DNA from: Okamejei kenojei
Lineage: Eukaryota
Assembly (NCBI GenBank): GCA_035221665.1
Contig: JAVHYY010000292.1
Location: forward strand, 248,001-312,000
Length of the DNA: 64,000 nucleotides
Reading direction: 5' to 3'
Below, piece after piece: positions 24,632 through 37,865 of the stretch (positions are counted from its first letter, which is position 1; every line of letters starts with the position of its first letter). Below the pieces are notes generated by a model, which saw nothing but the letters and a program-made list of their open reading frames with translations, did not search any database and had not been told where the DNA came from. The translations under genes were made by a program, and so were the position numbers.

Positions 24632-26269
24632 GTGAGTCAGTCTCTGACATGCCAGAATCACCAATCCTCAGCAAAATATTCCACCGACTGCGTTGTTTTA
24701 TATTCACTTTCGTGCTTCAAATATTATTTGCTAAAAGAAAAGACATGTTCAGAGAAAGATGCCCACGAACGGTTTTGTTCTTACTGGAACAACGTGTCAT
24801 TCACAACTGCAATGTGAACCATATGAATACAGTATCTAATTTGTCATGTTCCATGTCGGCTTATTTTCCCCTTGAGACTGGGTTATGAACCTGCACGGGA
24901 ATGACGGGGGGGGGGGGGGGGGGGGGGGTTGAGCCTCCAACAGAAACCACTTCTAGTCTCCGCAAACAAAGTCCATTTTTTATAAAAAAAATGAATAGTT
25001 GTACATAAAAACCGCACTGCTGGTTATTATAATGCCCGGTCCTCTCTCCGTCCAAATATGCCAGACACAAAGCGGCGGAGTAAGTCAGAGGGTCAATCAA
25101 CATCCATCAACATGGATCATTAACGTTCAAGTTAAACCTACTTCAAAATTCTAGGAGGGAGAGAGAGCTGTGTCGGGAGAGTCTGGCAACTGATAGGTGG
25201 ATACGGCTGAGGAAATTACAACCCAACGGAATGAACATTAGGTCTTCCATTTTATACACAACCCAACCACCCGCCCACCAAAACTGCACTCCCCTTCATC
25301 CCCCTCTCTTCCTGGTTCACCACCCCGAATGCGCACCATTTGTTTCCATTGTACCGTCCCCTTTCCCTTCCCCATCCCTTTCCATTCTATCCCTTAACAT
25401 TTCACACCTTACAATATCTCACGGCCTTTTGCCTTTTTCCATCTCTTGCCTTGGTCCGCCCATCTGTCGAACAAACAACCCCCACCTGTATCCACATATC
25501 ACTTGCAGGATTTTGTCCCCCCGCCTCTTCGCCAGCTTACAATTATTACAATTTATCTGAAAAAGGGTCCCAACTCGAAACCTTCCCTGTCCATGTGGTT
25601 AAGAAATGTTGTTTGACCCGTTATGTTTCTCCAGCACTTTGGGTTTCATTTTGTTCACCAGCACAGTGTGTCTACTCTATTCCAATGCTGCCGTTCTTCC
25701 ATAATTGAATAATCCTCGCCATGCAATGCCGTCTCCCGCAAACTGAGGTTCGTGTCATTATTGTTCAATCATACAGAGCATAGTCCGCAGATTCTCACTG
25801 ATCCCGTTTTCCCGGCGACCTGCTATATAAACACCAATGATGAATCCCACTGTGGCGCATTCACAGTCCCGGCCCTTGCAGCACCCATTGGGTTTGACGG
25901 CTCTATTCTATATCTTACATCAGAGCCATGAAGACGGAAAGAAAACAATATTTCATGCGTTTGCTTTCACTGTCTGCATCGCAACACCAGTGATGTGGGC
26001 GTGGGGTATTTGTTCAATTTTGGGTGGACTGTGTTGAAATATCTGTGATGCTGATTCAAAATAACGTTATCGGTGAGAAAATGACACATACTTTTGTTGA
26101 AATACACAATTACTTACACATTCCGTTGACTTTCTATTATGAAGTGACGTATCACTTTATTTTAACTACAATATCTATTAATCGTATTCATACTTTCCGT
26201 GAGATTTCACTGTACATTTACAATTAAGACGTTGAACTGAGTTAACAGAGACCAGATTATGTCACGAAC

Positions 26270-27660
26270 TTGGTTTGGATGAGAATGTACAAGACATAAT
26301 TAGTAAGTTTGAAGATGAGAATATAATGGCTGGTATCGTGGACAGTGAAAATAATGTTACAGCAATAATGTAAGAAAATGAAAAGTTACAGCAATCTCTT
26401 GATGAGCTGGTCTAGTTCATTGAGGACTGGCTAATTGAGTGTAATAGACAATAGACAATAGGTACAGGAGTAGGCCATTCGGCCCATCGAGCCAGCATCG
26501 CCATTCACTGTGATCATGGCTGATCATTCACATTCAGTACCCTGTTCCTGCCTTTTCACCATATCCCCTGACTCTGCTATCTTTAAGAGCTCGATCTAAC
26601 TCTCTCTTGAAAGCATCCAGAGAATTGGCCTCCACTGCCTTCTTTGGCAGGGAATTCTGTGGGGCGTGTATTACGTGGGCGTGTTGCAGTTTGGGAAAGC
26701 AAACCAGGACAGTGCGTTCACAATGGATGATGAGGCCCTGGGGCGCGTTGAAAGGCAGCGGAATCTAGAAGTCCAGATACACAGTTCCCTAAAGGTGGTG
26801 TCACAGGTAGGTAGTGTGGCAAAGAAGGCTTTTAGCACGTTGGCCTTCATCGGTCAAGTTTTTGGGTGTCAACATGGGGTGTTATGTTCCATACATGATG
26901 TTGGCAAGGTTCCATTTGGGGTTCTGTTCAGTCTTGGTCGCCCTGCCACACGAAGCATGTCATTAAGCTGAAAAGAGAGCAGCGATGCTTTCCAATGGTA
27001 TTACCAAGATTTGAGCGGCTGAGATATAGCGAAAGGCTGGACAGAGTAGGACATTGTTCCCTGGAGCGTAGGAGGCTGAGGGTTATCTAATAGAAGTGTA
27101 CTAATTGGAGGTGCTGGCTCAAAGGGTCGAATGGCCTCCTCCTGCACCTATTTTCTATGTACTAAATGATGAGGGGACCGGATAGGGCAAATGTACAGTG
27201 CCTTTTACCTAGAGGGGGGATATCAAGAATTACTGTACATAGGTTTAAGGGGAGAGTGGTAGATTTAAGGTGACAGGGCAAACTTTTATTTCAGACGGTT
27301 GACGATACGTGTGGGGTGGGAGATTGCAACCTTCACGTGGTTCGCCCTGTTTTGACGAATGCAATCAACCTGGCATACACAATTAAATAAGATCAAATAG
27401 AACAAGTTGTCCTCCAACTTTAGGCTGTGCACGCCATACGCGAGAAGAGCAGAAGAAGGCGGTACGTGGAACGAGCTGGAGGTATTTGAGACAGGCAATG
27501 TAACCGCTTCTAAACAATACTTGGACAGGTACATGGGCAGGTTAGATTAAATGTATATGAGCCAAGCGCGGGCAAGTGGGAGCAGCTTAGGTGGGCTCTT
27601 TGGTTGGAATTGACGAGCTGCGTCAATTATCCTGTGTCAGGGCTGTATGACTCCATGACT
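26270..27660 (+). mobile_element. Degraded CR1 3' half with nested antisense CR1 tail (~26445-26660) and short repeat
   Basis: ISKF.D, HSSLKV.SQV..KKAF..LAFI and SLERRRLR remnants. Confidence 0.7.
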
Positions 27661-27744
27661 CAATTATTACAAACAATCTTTTTTATTCATGTTAAATGTT
27701 GATTTCAGCTGGCCCAATAATATTTGCTTTGTTTTCTTTCCCAG

Positions 27745-27785
27745 GTGAATCTAGCATAATACCTTGTTTCCAAAGCCTGCCTTGA
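27745..27785 (+). CDS. SRCR receptor terminal coding exon (GESSIIPCFQSLP*)
   Basis: Strong acceptor ttttctttcccag|; phase-1 reading gives a TGA at 27783-27785; followed by AT-rich UTR-like sequence. Confidence 0.6.
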
Positions 27786-28217
27786 AATGATGGAAGTCGC
27801 TCGGCGTTTCATCAGACATCACGTGCCTTTCACCCTTCCTGCAAGATCGACAAGCAGATCTTCACAGCATTGATATCACTCGCCAACTTATCACAAGCAG
27901 AATCTTTGACTTGTTGTTAAAACACTTGGTTTGATTTTTTTGCCGTAAACTTGGAAGAAAACATTTATACACTGCTCCCTGGACAGGTGTAGAAAAACAT
28001 ATGCAATCGTCATTCTTCTGGAAGAAAGATCTTTTTTTTCCTAATCAATAAATGTATGTTGATTTGAATTTGTAAGCGTTTTTATACATTCCATGTAAAT
28101 GCTTAAGATTGTGAAGGTTGAAATGAATGTTACTTTTGCTCTTATCATGCTTTACCTTGCTTTGGTGTTCGTAATGAACTGTTTCAATCTCGCTCAATGT
28201 AAGAATTGAACAAGTGT

Positions 28218-28265
28218 AATAAATACTTCAGATGGAATTCGATATTAATGTGTTCATATTTTGTC
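28218..28265 (+). terminator. Polyadenylation signal of the SRCR gene (also AATAAA at 28047-28052)
   Basis: AATAAA at 28218-28223 plus a downstream GT/T-rich element, conserved in the paralogous copy at 50218. Confidence 0.65.
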
Positions 28266-28609
28266 CGGAGCATACATACAAATCCCATAGACACTAAAAC
28301 AAAGCACCAAGTTGATTGCCCGTGGTCTCAAGATGTGAGCTAAAGATACAGGCTAGACATTGCAGAACATAAGTCTAATTGTGAAAGCTTAGTAATGTGC
28401 GGGAAACATCCTTTCAAGACCAGGGTGATAAATGTACATTGGATAATGTCAGATTATACGATTTACTTGCCATACCGCGAAATAATTTGCCAAATCGAAT
28501 TCTCATCATTACATGGAAATAGGTATCATGAGGTAATTGGGAAATCATGAAATCGGTAACCAATAGGGAGTGAAAACAGAGTAAAATAAGGCCAAACTTA
28601 TGTGTTCTG

Positions 28610-29485
28610 TAAACCTGCTGACTCCCACAGTAATCTATTCCACATTTCCTCCCACTCTACCATTTTCAAAGACACTATACTCTGCTCTCAATTCCTCCGT
28701 CTCAGTCGCATCTGCTCCCAAGATGAACCTTTCCATTCTAGGGCATCCGAGATGTCGTAATTGTCCACACCCTCCTCCCCCTCCCTCCCCGTGCTGTCAT
28801 AGATTGATTCCTCATCGGCGTCTCCTTCGTAGTCCGTATTTCTGCTCTCGTCTCCTCTTCTCTCCAGATGGAACCAGGTTAAAGTTCACATGATTCTCAC
28901 CTTTCTCCCCACCAGCCTCCGCAACCAACGTACCATCGACATTTCTGTCACCTCCAATGCGTTCTCTCCACAGTTACACCATCCCATTTCCACTCTTTTT
29001 TGCTGGTCGCAGAGACCTCTCCCTCCACATAATCTCCATTCACACTCCCTTCCCACCCAAACCTGCCCCTCTCAAAGAAAATTCCGCTGCAAGCAAAGGA
29101 GATGTAATACCTCGCCTATATCTCCTCGCTTGCCTTCATCCAGGGACCCCATCAGTCCTCCCAGATGATACAGATGTTCAAGTACATCTCCTCTAACCTC
29201 ACCTCTGTATCCGGTGTTCCCGATGCCACCTCCTGTACATCTACTTTACCAGGCAGTGTCTCGCCGACCGTTTTCCGGACAACTGCTCTCAATCCTCCAA
29301 GGCCTACTGGATTTCCTGGTGACTGACCATTGTAACCTCCTTCACGTTCCCACATAAACGTTTCTGTCCTGGTCCTCCTCCATGGCCAGAGTGAGGCGTC
29401 ATGCAAACTGAAAGAACAACCCACATATTCGCTTGGGTAGCTTCCAACCCAGCGGTATGAACATTGAATTTTCCATTTTAGGTAA
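28610..29485 (+). mobile_element. Degraded Penelope-like C-terminal region (RT thumb, Cys linker, GIY-YIG)
   Basis: KFRCKQRRCNT linker, CIRCSRCHLLYI and KLKEQ remnants. Confidence 0.75.
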
Positions 29486-31432
29486 CTACCACTCCCTCCC
29501 CATTCGCCCCCACACCCCGGTTCTCTGCCCTCTCTCACCTGTGCCTCAGCTGAACCATAATTCAATTTGTTTCATTATATCAAATTAACATGTAGACAAA
29601 GCTCTTTCGAGAGCCTTTGTTAATTATCCATTCACAGGACTATCAGTGAGCAAATTCCAGAACATAGCGCTCCCTGGGTGTGAAGAAAATCTCACCTCGC
29701 CTCTGGATTTTTTAGGAATCACCCCACATCTGTTTCTTCTGTTTGCTCAACTCCCACTGGGACCAGTTTCACGTTCTCTCCATGAAAGCCCCTGCTAAAG
29801 TTGAATATCTCCCCACAAGTTTACTCACCGTCTGTTGTCCACACACCGCTCTGTTGTCTGTGATCGTATGTTAGGCAAATCTATGTGAGGCTTAGATAGG
29901 GTGGAGCGTCCGATCCCTTTCCTCAGTCCCATGTTTTTTGTGTTATTTTCGAAATATAACTATTTTAATAAAGGAGATTATACGAAAGATGAAATCTCAT
30001 GACATTTAAAAGTCATTGATAAGTAATCAATTATTTATCAATGCGATTTAATTCAATGCGCACATTGCGATTGCCAATGTGACCACAGAAGACGATAGAC
30101 GCGTATTTATGAGGTTCACCTTTGCCTTTTGCAAGTTCTATGTAGGTTTTGCATAAGATGAATCCGAGGAATTCGTTGATGGTTTCTGGAAGTACTTTCA
30201 TAGTGTTATTAATCGAATAATACACGGTTGCAAATAAAGACAGAAACATCTGCTTTCGCTAAATTGTAACCCTCACTGTGTGACTTTGTGGCAGACAGCC
30301 ACCGGTCTGCTGATTATCTGTCCGTTCGCAAAGGAAAAAATCCTTTATGAGTGTAAACGTCAGGAACTTGTTCTGTCTCTGTAATAGTCCTTGACTGTAG
30401 TTGCTGCAGTTACTGGGGTTTTTTGTATAAGGCGTAATATTCCTGCGATGTGATGGTTTCATCCATAGAGTAATGTGACGACAAAATGTCCAGGTCAACA
30501 ATACCGACCAAGACGCACATCTAAACTCGCCACGTGTGTGCACGTCCGGCCAACATTCCTCTAAACCTTTCAAACCCATGTACCTGTCAACATTTTATAC
30601 AATACTGTAAATTTATGTGCCTTGACAACTTTCACGGGCAGCTCGCTCCACATCAGACTCGGTGTGAATAGTTGACCATCATGTCAAGTCGTAATATTAC
30701 CCACTCATCTTCAACCTCTGCCGTCTAATTTTTCATATTTTATACATCTCTGTAAACTCACATCCAACTAGCAATTTGTCTTTGTTCTCAAGAACCTGCG
30801 GGTCACTGCGGAACTTAAATTCTGGGTAGCGTGCAAACGACATAAAAATGGAGAACCGAAGGAGGTCTGTTGATTTTCTATTTGTTATTCTGTGGATTAT
30901 TATAATATTAAGAGTCTGCTATTTCGGGGTGTCCCTAAATGCATTTGAATGCACTATTCAGGATGTTTTTTTTTGTGTCTGTAATCGTTACATTTATTTG
31001 TCCGTGAAATGAGTTTCGGCTCCAGCTTCCAAGCTGCTCTGCACAAACTCTTGTACACAACTCAGACTTCAGCAAGAGCGTCGGATATTTCGTTTAGCGA
31101 GCAGTTAATTGTGCGTGATAACCACGGGAATGTCGCTGCCGGTGGTGAAAGACGTGGTTGGTGCATTACGATTAGAGACGTGGAGTCATGGAGTATATAC
31201 TGCGTGGAAACAGGACCCATCAGGCCCAACTTGCCCACGATGACCAACATACCCCAACCACACTTATCCACCTGTCTACGTTTGGTCCTTATCTCTCTAA
31301 ACTTATCACATCCCTGTACCTGAACATTAACTTCACTACCAATTTCCATCCTGTATTCAAATTCACTTGGACCATCTCCAATATCTCCCTTCCGTTTCTT
31401 GATCTCATCGTCTCCATCACAAGATTTAGACT

Positions 31433-34400
31433 GGGTTACACAAAAAGCTGGAGAAACTCAGCGGGTGCAGCAGCATCTAAGGAGCGAAGGAGATAGGCCG
31501 ACGTTCGGGTCGAGACCCTTCTCAGACTGGTCAGGGATCAGGGAAACGAGAGATATAGACGGTGATGTGGAGAGATAAAGAACAATGAATGAAAGATATG
31601 CAAAAAAAATCGATGATAAAGGGAACATGCCATTGTAAGCTGTTTGTGGTGTGAAAATGAGAAGCTAGTGCGACTAGGGTGGGGGAGGGAGATAGAGATA
31701 GAGGGAATGCCAGGGCCCGAGAGGTCTGAGGGAGAGGTGGGAAGGGGAGGAGACAGCAAGGGTTAACAGAAGGGTTAACTCGATACCACAGCCACATCTG
31801 CTTCCTCGGGGCTTGCCTGCGCCTCCATCTCATACCCCGTGGATTCCAGCTCCAATTCTCTGCTTCCCAGTTCGGACCCCAGCCGCACTATCGGTACCGA
31901 CTGGCTATCTGCCGCCACACTGTACAATTCTCCAACCGGGCACTAAGATCCACCCTGGTTGCTATGCGCCGACACCCAGCAGGACCTATCTCGCATTGAC
32001 TCTCCCGAAACTTCGGGCCTCACTCACCCAGACCTGCAACGGACCCCAACTACACTACATCCTCCCGGAAGATCCCACCGCTTCAATCAACAATTCCTGT
32101 CCCACCTTACCCGCCACCAAGGACCTGAAATTAGCCCGCCTCCAGGCCGTTCCAGCCACCGACAATCGACCGACTCGACCGCCCGCAGGCCCCGGGCCCC
32201 CACTCTGGCCCGAGCCGCCGGCCTGAGTCCCCCCGACGCCATCTTGTCCACTAGGAGCGCCTCCAGACTCACCAGGACGCCGCCTTCACCGACCTCCACG
32301 CAGATGCTGCCGCCGACCTCCACTGCCTACTGATGACGCCCAGCCCCCGCTGCCTGCCCGGTAACTATTTATATCTCCCCCTCCCCGATTCCACCGCCCA
32401 TCACCAGCGCAACGGACTGCCAAACCTCGCCGCCATTTCAGAATCCCCCCCCCGGGACCACCTAACCCCATCACCGTACCAGGCTCAACCAGCATCGCCT
32501 GTGTACTGGCCCGCCGAATGACCACAGCCGCCACACCGGGCCCATCCAGCATCGCCGGTGTACTGGGCCCCGCCGAACACACCGTGCCCACCCGGGCCCA
32601 CATCGCCGCGGGCGGTGTAAGAGCTGGGCCCGCCGGTAACAGCCGCAGCCCCGCCTCACCTTGCATCGCCCGCCGGACCAGGGCTCCCCGAACACGGCCG
32701 CCGCACCACACCCCACAATCATCATGGCCGCCTCACCGTCGGAACCGCCCACCACCCGCCCACCAGGACCTCCAACGCATCGCCGCCCCCGCCGACCCCG
32801 ACTCCACTGCCCGCGGAATCCCACCTTCGGGCCGCCGACCCACGAGACACCACCGCCCTCCAGCAGCCCGCAGCCGCTGCCCCTCACCTGCAGACTGGAC
32901 TCTGCAGTGGCCTGAACCTCCACGTTGCTAACTCCTCCCACCACACATGGGTCCTAGTGCCTGTCTCCCCCAGCCCCAGTAACCTTAGTGGCTATTCCAC
33001 TGGGTCTTCCCCATCCCCCCCTACCATGTAACCCTTGCTCTTCCCCACCCACACCACAGCCCCCATAACCCCCCCACCCCCTGACCACCCTCCACCCCCC
33101 CCACCACACAAAAAACGCTCCATCCTCATTCACTCACCTGCCTTCCTCCAGCCACAAAGGCCCCCATCCTTGCCGCATGTTCACCATCCCCCTGCTGTAC
33201 CTCCCCCTCTCCGACACCAACGGATCCTGTCCCTCAGCAGAGGTCTTAACCTTTGTCCCCCCTCCGTCCCCACCTCAATGAGTTTCCGCGCCCACCACGA
33301 CTTGGAGCTCTTCTAAAACCGTCGCCTCCGCCTCACAGCGTTCTTCTTCCACGGGAAGAAGTCCTCGCCCCCCACTGATGATCCCTTTTCCTGTCCTCCC
33401 ACGTACCCCCTCCACTTGGACCCCCCCTCGTAAGCCTTCCGGCTCTAGAACTATTTATCCAGAACTGCCGTCGGGACATCAACCGCCGCCTGACTTCTCC
33501 ACTCCCCTGTCTCACTCCAATCTCTCCAGCCCCGAACGTACTGCCATCGACTCACTCCCGTAACAACCCAGACTGGGTTATCAAACCCACCGACAAGGGA
33601 GGTGCCGTGGTAGTCTGGCGCGTCGATCTCTACAAAGCGGGCCGCGCGCCAACTCTCGGACACTTCCTCCTACTTACCCCTGGACCAGACCCCCACTCAC
33701 GAACACCAGCCACCATCTCGAGCACCGATAACCGACTTCATCAGCTCTGGCTCCCTACCCCCCTGAGCCTCCGACCTCATCGTTTCCCAGCGCCCGCACG
33801 GCCCGATTTTACCTTCTCCCCAAAAATCCACAAACCCGACTGCCCTGGCAGACCCATTGTCTCTGCCTGTTCGAGCCCCACCGAACACCATTTCTACATA
33901 CCATGACGCCATCCTAATCCCCCTATGTTAAAGTTCCCTCCCCCACCTATGTTCAAGACACCTCAGACACTCTCCGTCGCTCCGTGCATTTCCATTCTCC
34001 AGGCCCCCATCCTCTCATCTTTACCAATGGACGTCCAGTCACTCTTCACCTCCATCCCCCACCAGGACGGTCTCAAAGCCCTCCGTCTTTCCTCGACCAG
34101 AGGAGCAACCCCATACCGACCACTGACACCCTTTCCTCCGCCTATCAGAGTTGGTCCTTACCCTCAATAACTTCTCTTTGATTCCTCCCATTTCCTCACA
34201 AATACAAGGTGTAGCTATGGGGCACACGCATATGGCCCCAGCTACGCTTGCCCTCTTGTTGGGGTACGTCGAACAGTGCTTGTTCTCGCGTACCAGGTCC
34301 CCATCCCCGACCTCTACCTCTGTTACATCGACGACTGCTTTGGTGTCACCTCCTGCACCCACACACAAGGCTTACTGACTGACTTCATTCATTTCACCAC

Positions 34401-35836
34401 CAACTTCCATCCGGCACTCATAATACACTTGGGACCATTTCCCGACATTGTCCCTACCATGGTTCCTTGACCTCACCCATCTCCCATTGCAGGTGAATAC
34501 ACTCCCCTGACCGACAATCCACGTACAAACCAGCTGACTCCCACAGCTACCTGACTACTCTTCCTTCCCACCCTGCGAGTTCCTGTAAGGACTCCATCCC
34601 CTATTCCCCAATTCCTCCGTCCTAGCGCTACGCCGCATCTGCTCCCAGGATTGAGGTGTTCCACACCAGGTCATCACAAATGGCCTCATTCTTCAGAGAA
34701 CGGGGATTCCCCTCCCCCCACTATTGATGAGGCTCGCACCATGGTCTCCTCCATAGGTACCCCGCAACCAACAGCCCTCTCTCCCCATCTCTCATTCGCA
34801 AACAGGGCAGAGTCCCCCTGGTCTCACCTTTCACCCCACCAGCCGGCCGAAATACAGACACATAGTCCTCCACCAGTTTTCGCCACCTCCAACGTGACCC
34901 CTCTCCACCCGCCAACCTTCCCATCTCCCCCCCTGTCTGCCTTCCACAAAGACCCACTCCCTTCCGCAACATCCCTTTGTCAATTCTTCATTCTTTCCCT
35001 CCAACCTCCCCGCTTTACTAAAACCCTTCCCCCGGGCACTTTCCCTTGCAACCGCAAGAAATGCAACACTTTCCCTTCACCTCCCCCCTCCACTCCCTTT
35101 CCGAGGACCCAAGCAGTCCTTCCAGGTCCTGACAGAGGTTCACCTGCACCTCCTCCAACCCTCATCTACTGTGCACTCCGCTGCTCCAGATGCCAGTGAT
35201 AGGATCTATATGCGGTGAGACCAAGCGGAGGCTTGCGGCGGATCGTTTCGCCGAACACCTCCGCCTCGGTCCCGCAATAACCAACCCGACCTCCCGGTGG
35301 GCTTAGCTCTAGCACTTCAACATCCCCCTCCCATTCCGTATCCGACCTCTCGGTCCTGGGGCCTCCTCCACGGCCAGAGTGAGCAACACCGCAGTTGGAG
35401 GAACAGCACCTCATATTCCGCTTTGGGAGTCTGCATCCTTTGGCTTGAACATTTGAATTTTCTCAATTCTGTTAACCCTGCTGTCTCCTCCCCTTCCCAC
35501 CTCTCCCTCAGCCCTCGGGCCCTGGCATTCCTCTCTCTCTATCTCCCTCCCCCACCCTAGTCGCACTAGCTTCTCATTTTCACACCACAAACAGCTTACA
35601 ATGGCTTGTTCCCTTTATCATCGATACTTTTTTGCATATCTTTCATTCATTGTTCTTTATCTCTCCACATCACCGTCTATATCTCTCGTTTCCCTGATCC
35701 CTGACCAGTCTGAAGAAGGGTCTCGACCCGAAACGTCGCCTATCTCCTTCGCTCCTTAGATGCTGCTGCACCCGCTGAGTTTCTCCAGCTTTTTGTGTAA
35801 CCCTCGATTCTCCAGCATCTGCAGTTCCTTCTTTAA
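31433..35836 (+). mobile_element. Near-full-length Neptune-type Penelope-like retroelement with inverted pLTRs and a 15-bp TSD
   Basis: 31433-31771 is the reverse complement of 35467-35803; ~33 nt tail; TSD cacaagatttagact at 31418-31432 and 35837-35851; N-terminal HICFLGACLRLHLIPRG, YIDDC RT, PCNRKKCNT linker, GIY-YIG; many indels. Confidence 0.93.
35710..35737 (+). ncRNA. Minimal hammerhead ribozyme motif in Penelope pLTR
   Basis: CUGAAGA-A-GGGU(CUCG)ACCC-GAAAC-GUC: both core boxes, helix II and a GUC cleavage triplet. Confidence 0.75.
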
Positions 35837-37865
35837 CACAAGATTTAGACTACCGGCTGACATCCATAATAAACCTGCTGACTCCCAAAACTATCGGGAC
35901 GCCACTTCTACCCACCCTGCTTCCTGCAAAGATTCTATCCCCAACTCCCAATTCCTCCCGCTAGGTCGCATCAAAGCCCAAAGTGAGGTGTTCCATACCA
36001 GTACATCTGAGATGTCCTCATTCTACAGGGAACGGGGGTTCCCATCTTCCATCATAGATGATGCCCTCACTCGGGTCATCTAGATATCCCGCAGCTGCGC
36101 TCTTGCTCCCACTGGGGGAGTCGTAACAGGGACAGAGTTCCCCTCGTCCTCACCTTTTCTCTCCATCAGCCGTCGCATACAGCACATAATCCTCCGACAT
36201 TTGCGCCACCTCCAACGGGATCCCATCACTAGGCAAATCTTCCCGTTTCCACCCCTTTCCGCCTTCCTCAGAGACGGTTCCCTCCGCAACTCACTGGTTA
36301 GCTCATCCCTCCCCACCCAAACCACCCCACCCCCAGGTACTTTCCCCTGCAACCGCGGGAGAAGCAACATTTGTGCCTATACCTCCTTCGTCGACTGCGT
36401 CCAAGGACCCCCCCCCCGACAGTTCTCTCCAGGTGCGGCAGAGTTCTCCCACTTGCGCCTCCTCCAACGGCATCTACCGTATCAGCTGGTCCAGATATGG
36501 ACTCCTATATATTGGCGAGACCAAGCGCAGGCTTCGCGATCGTTTTGCAGAACCGCTCAGCTCAATCCACATAGGCCTTCGCGATCTCCCGGTTGCTAAA
36601 CACTTTAACTCCCCCTGCCATTCCCATATTGACCTTTCTGTCCTGGGCCTCCTCCACTGTCACGATGAGGCCCAACGCAAATTGGAGGAACAGCACCTCA
36701 TATGTCGCTGGGTCAGTTACCAACCCAGTAGTGTGAATATTGATTTCTCTAACTACAAGTAACCCTTGCTACCCCCTCACTCTCCGTCCCTCCCCCACCC
36801 CGTTCTCTGACTAGTTTTACTGTCCTCTTGATTAATTTTACTGGTTGTATGCCTCGTTGTCGCCTTCACCTCAGCCAACAATGAACCAATCTAGATTTCA
36901 TTGATAAACATCTGCTTTGATGTGTTGTTTTCTCACCTTACCCTTCCATGTCTCTAGTCCCTCCCCTGGCTCTCAGGCTGAAGAAGGGTAACGACCCAAA
37001 ATGTCACCCATTCACTCTCTCCAGAGATGCTGCTTATCCCGCCGAGTTTCTCCAGCATTTTGTGTCTATCTTCATGTGCCTGTCCAAATGTTTGTTTCTA
37101 AAAAAAGCAATTCATTCCATACACCTACCACCCTTTGCGTACACGACGTTGCCCTCGGCTTTCTATTAAATCTCCCCCCCCCCCCCCCCCCCACACACAC
37201 CTGAAACCTACACTAGGTAAAACAACTCTGCCTCCATCCTATAGTCCTCTCATGATCCTGTACACCTCCATAAAATCACCCCTCATCCTCCTGCGCTCCG
37301 AGGCTTAATGTCCAAGCCTTCTCAATCTCCCCCTATAGCTCAAGCACTCGAGTCCTGTCAACATCCTGGTAAATCGTCTCTGCACACTTTCCAGTTGAAC
37401 AACATCTTTCCGATTAACAACATTTTCCGAGACCAGATTATAACATTCGTCTACAGAGCTGTGTAATGTGTTGCCGATATGATTCCAGGATATTGGGGCG
37501 TGCCAACCAGACCAGACGATATACAGAGAGAAGAGTAGAATGACCGTCAGAAACTTTCCCCACATGGACAGGGAGAGGGAGCATGTGATGCAAAGTTGTT
37601 AAATTCGACGTAAACTCTTGAAGCAGCGACGACCCTGATGGAAGGTGAGATGAGTACGTTTCGAGATGTTTCAGAGCGGAGCAGCAGCAGGAAGGTTTTA
37701 AAGAGCGTCCTGTAAACAAATGGGGTGGTGTGGTTCACGCCAGCAGGCGGAACAGAGCAGAACAGCGGCCGGCTGGGTTATTTTGATATGCGCATTGAAC
37801 GGCACAACAGCCAATAAGGAAATTAAATGCTATTTAACGGAACGGTCATTTAGGAGCTGACATAT

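Larger units (their letters stand above)
31320..37070 (+). mobile_element. Older Penelope-like element (31320-31432 + 35852-37070) split by a younger one
   Basis: FTTNFHPVFKFTWTISNISLPFLDL resumes after the insertion as DIHNKPADS..; GLLYIGETKRRLRDRFAE; pLTR at ~36760-37070. Confidence 0.85.

Noticed and set aside
32330-32900. GC/CpG-rich stretch with imperfect tandem repeats, resembling a CpG-island promoter or CRISPR-like array
   Set aside because: It lies inside the Penelope ORF's Pro-rich region; the repeats are degenerate with no unique spacers.
33000-35460. Dense frameshifts as evidence that the 31433 Penelope is ancient
   Set aside because: The perfect TSD and near-identical pLTR arms indicate youth; scattered 1-nt indels look more like consensus errors, though this cannot be proven without reads.
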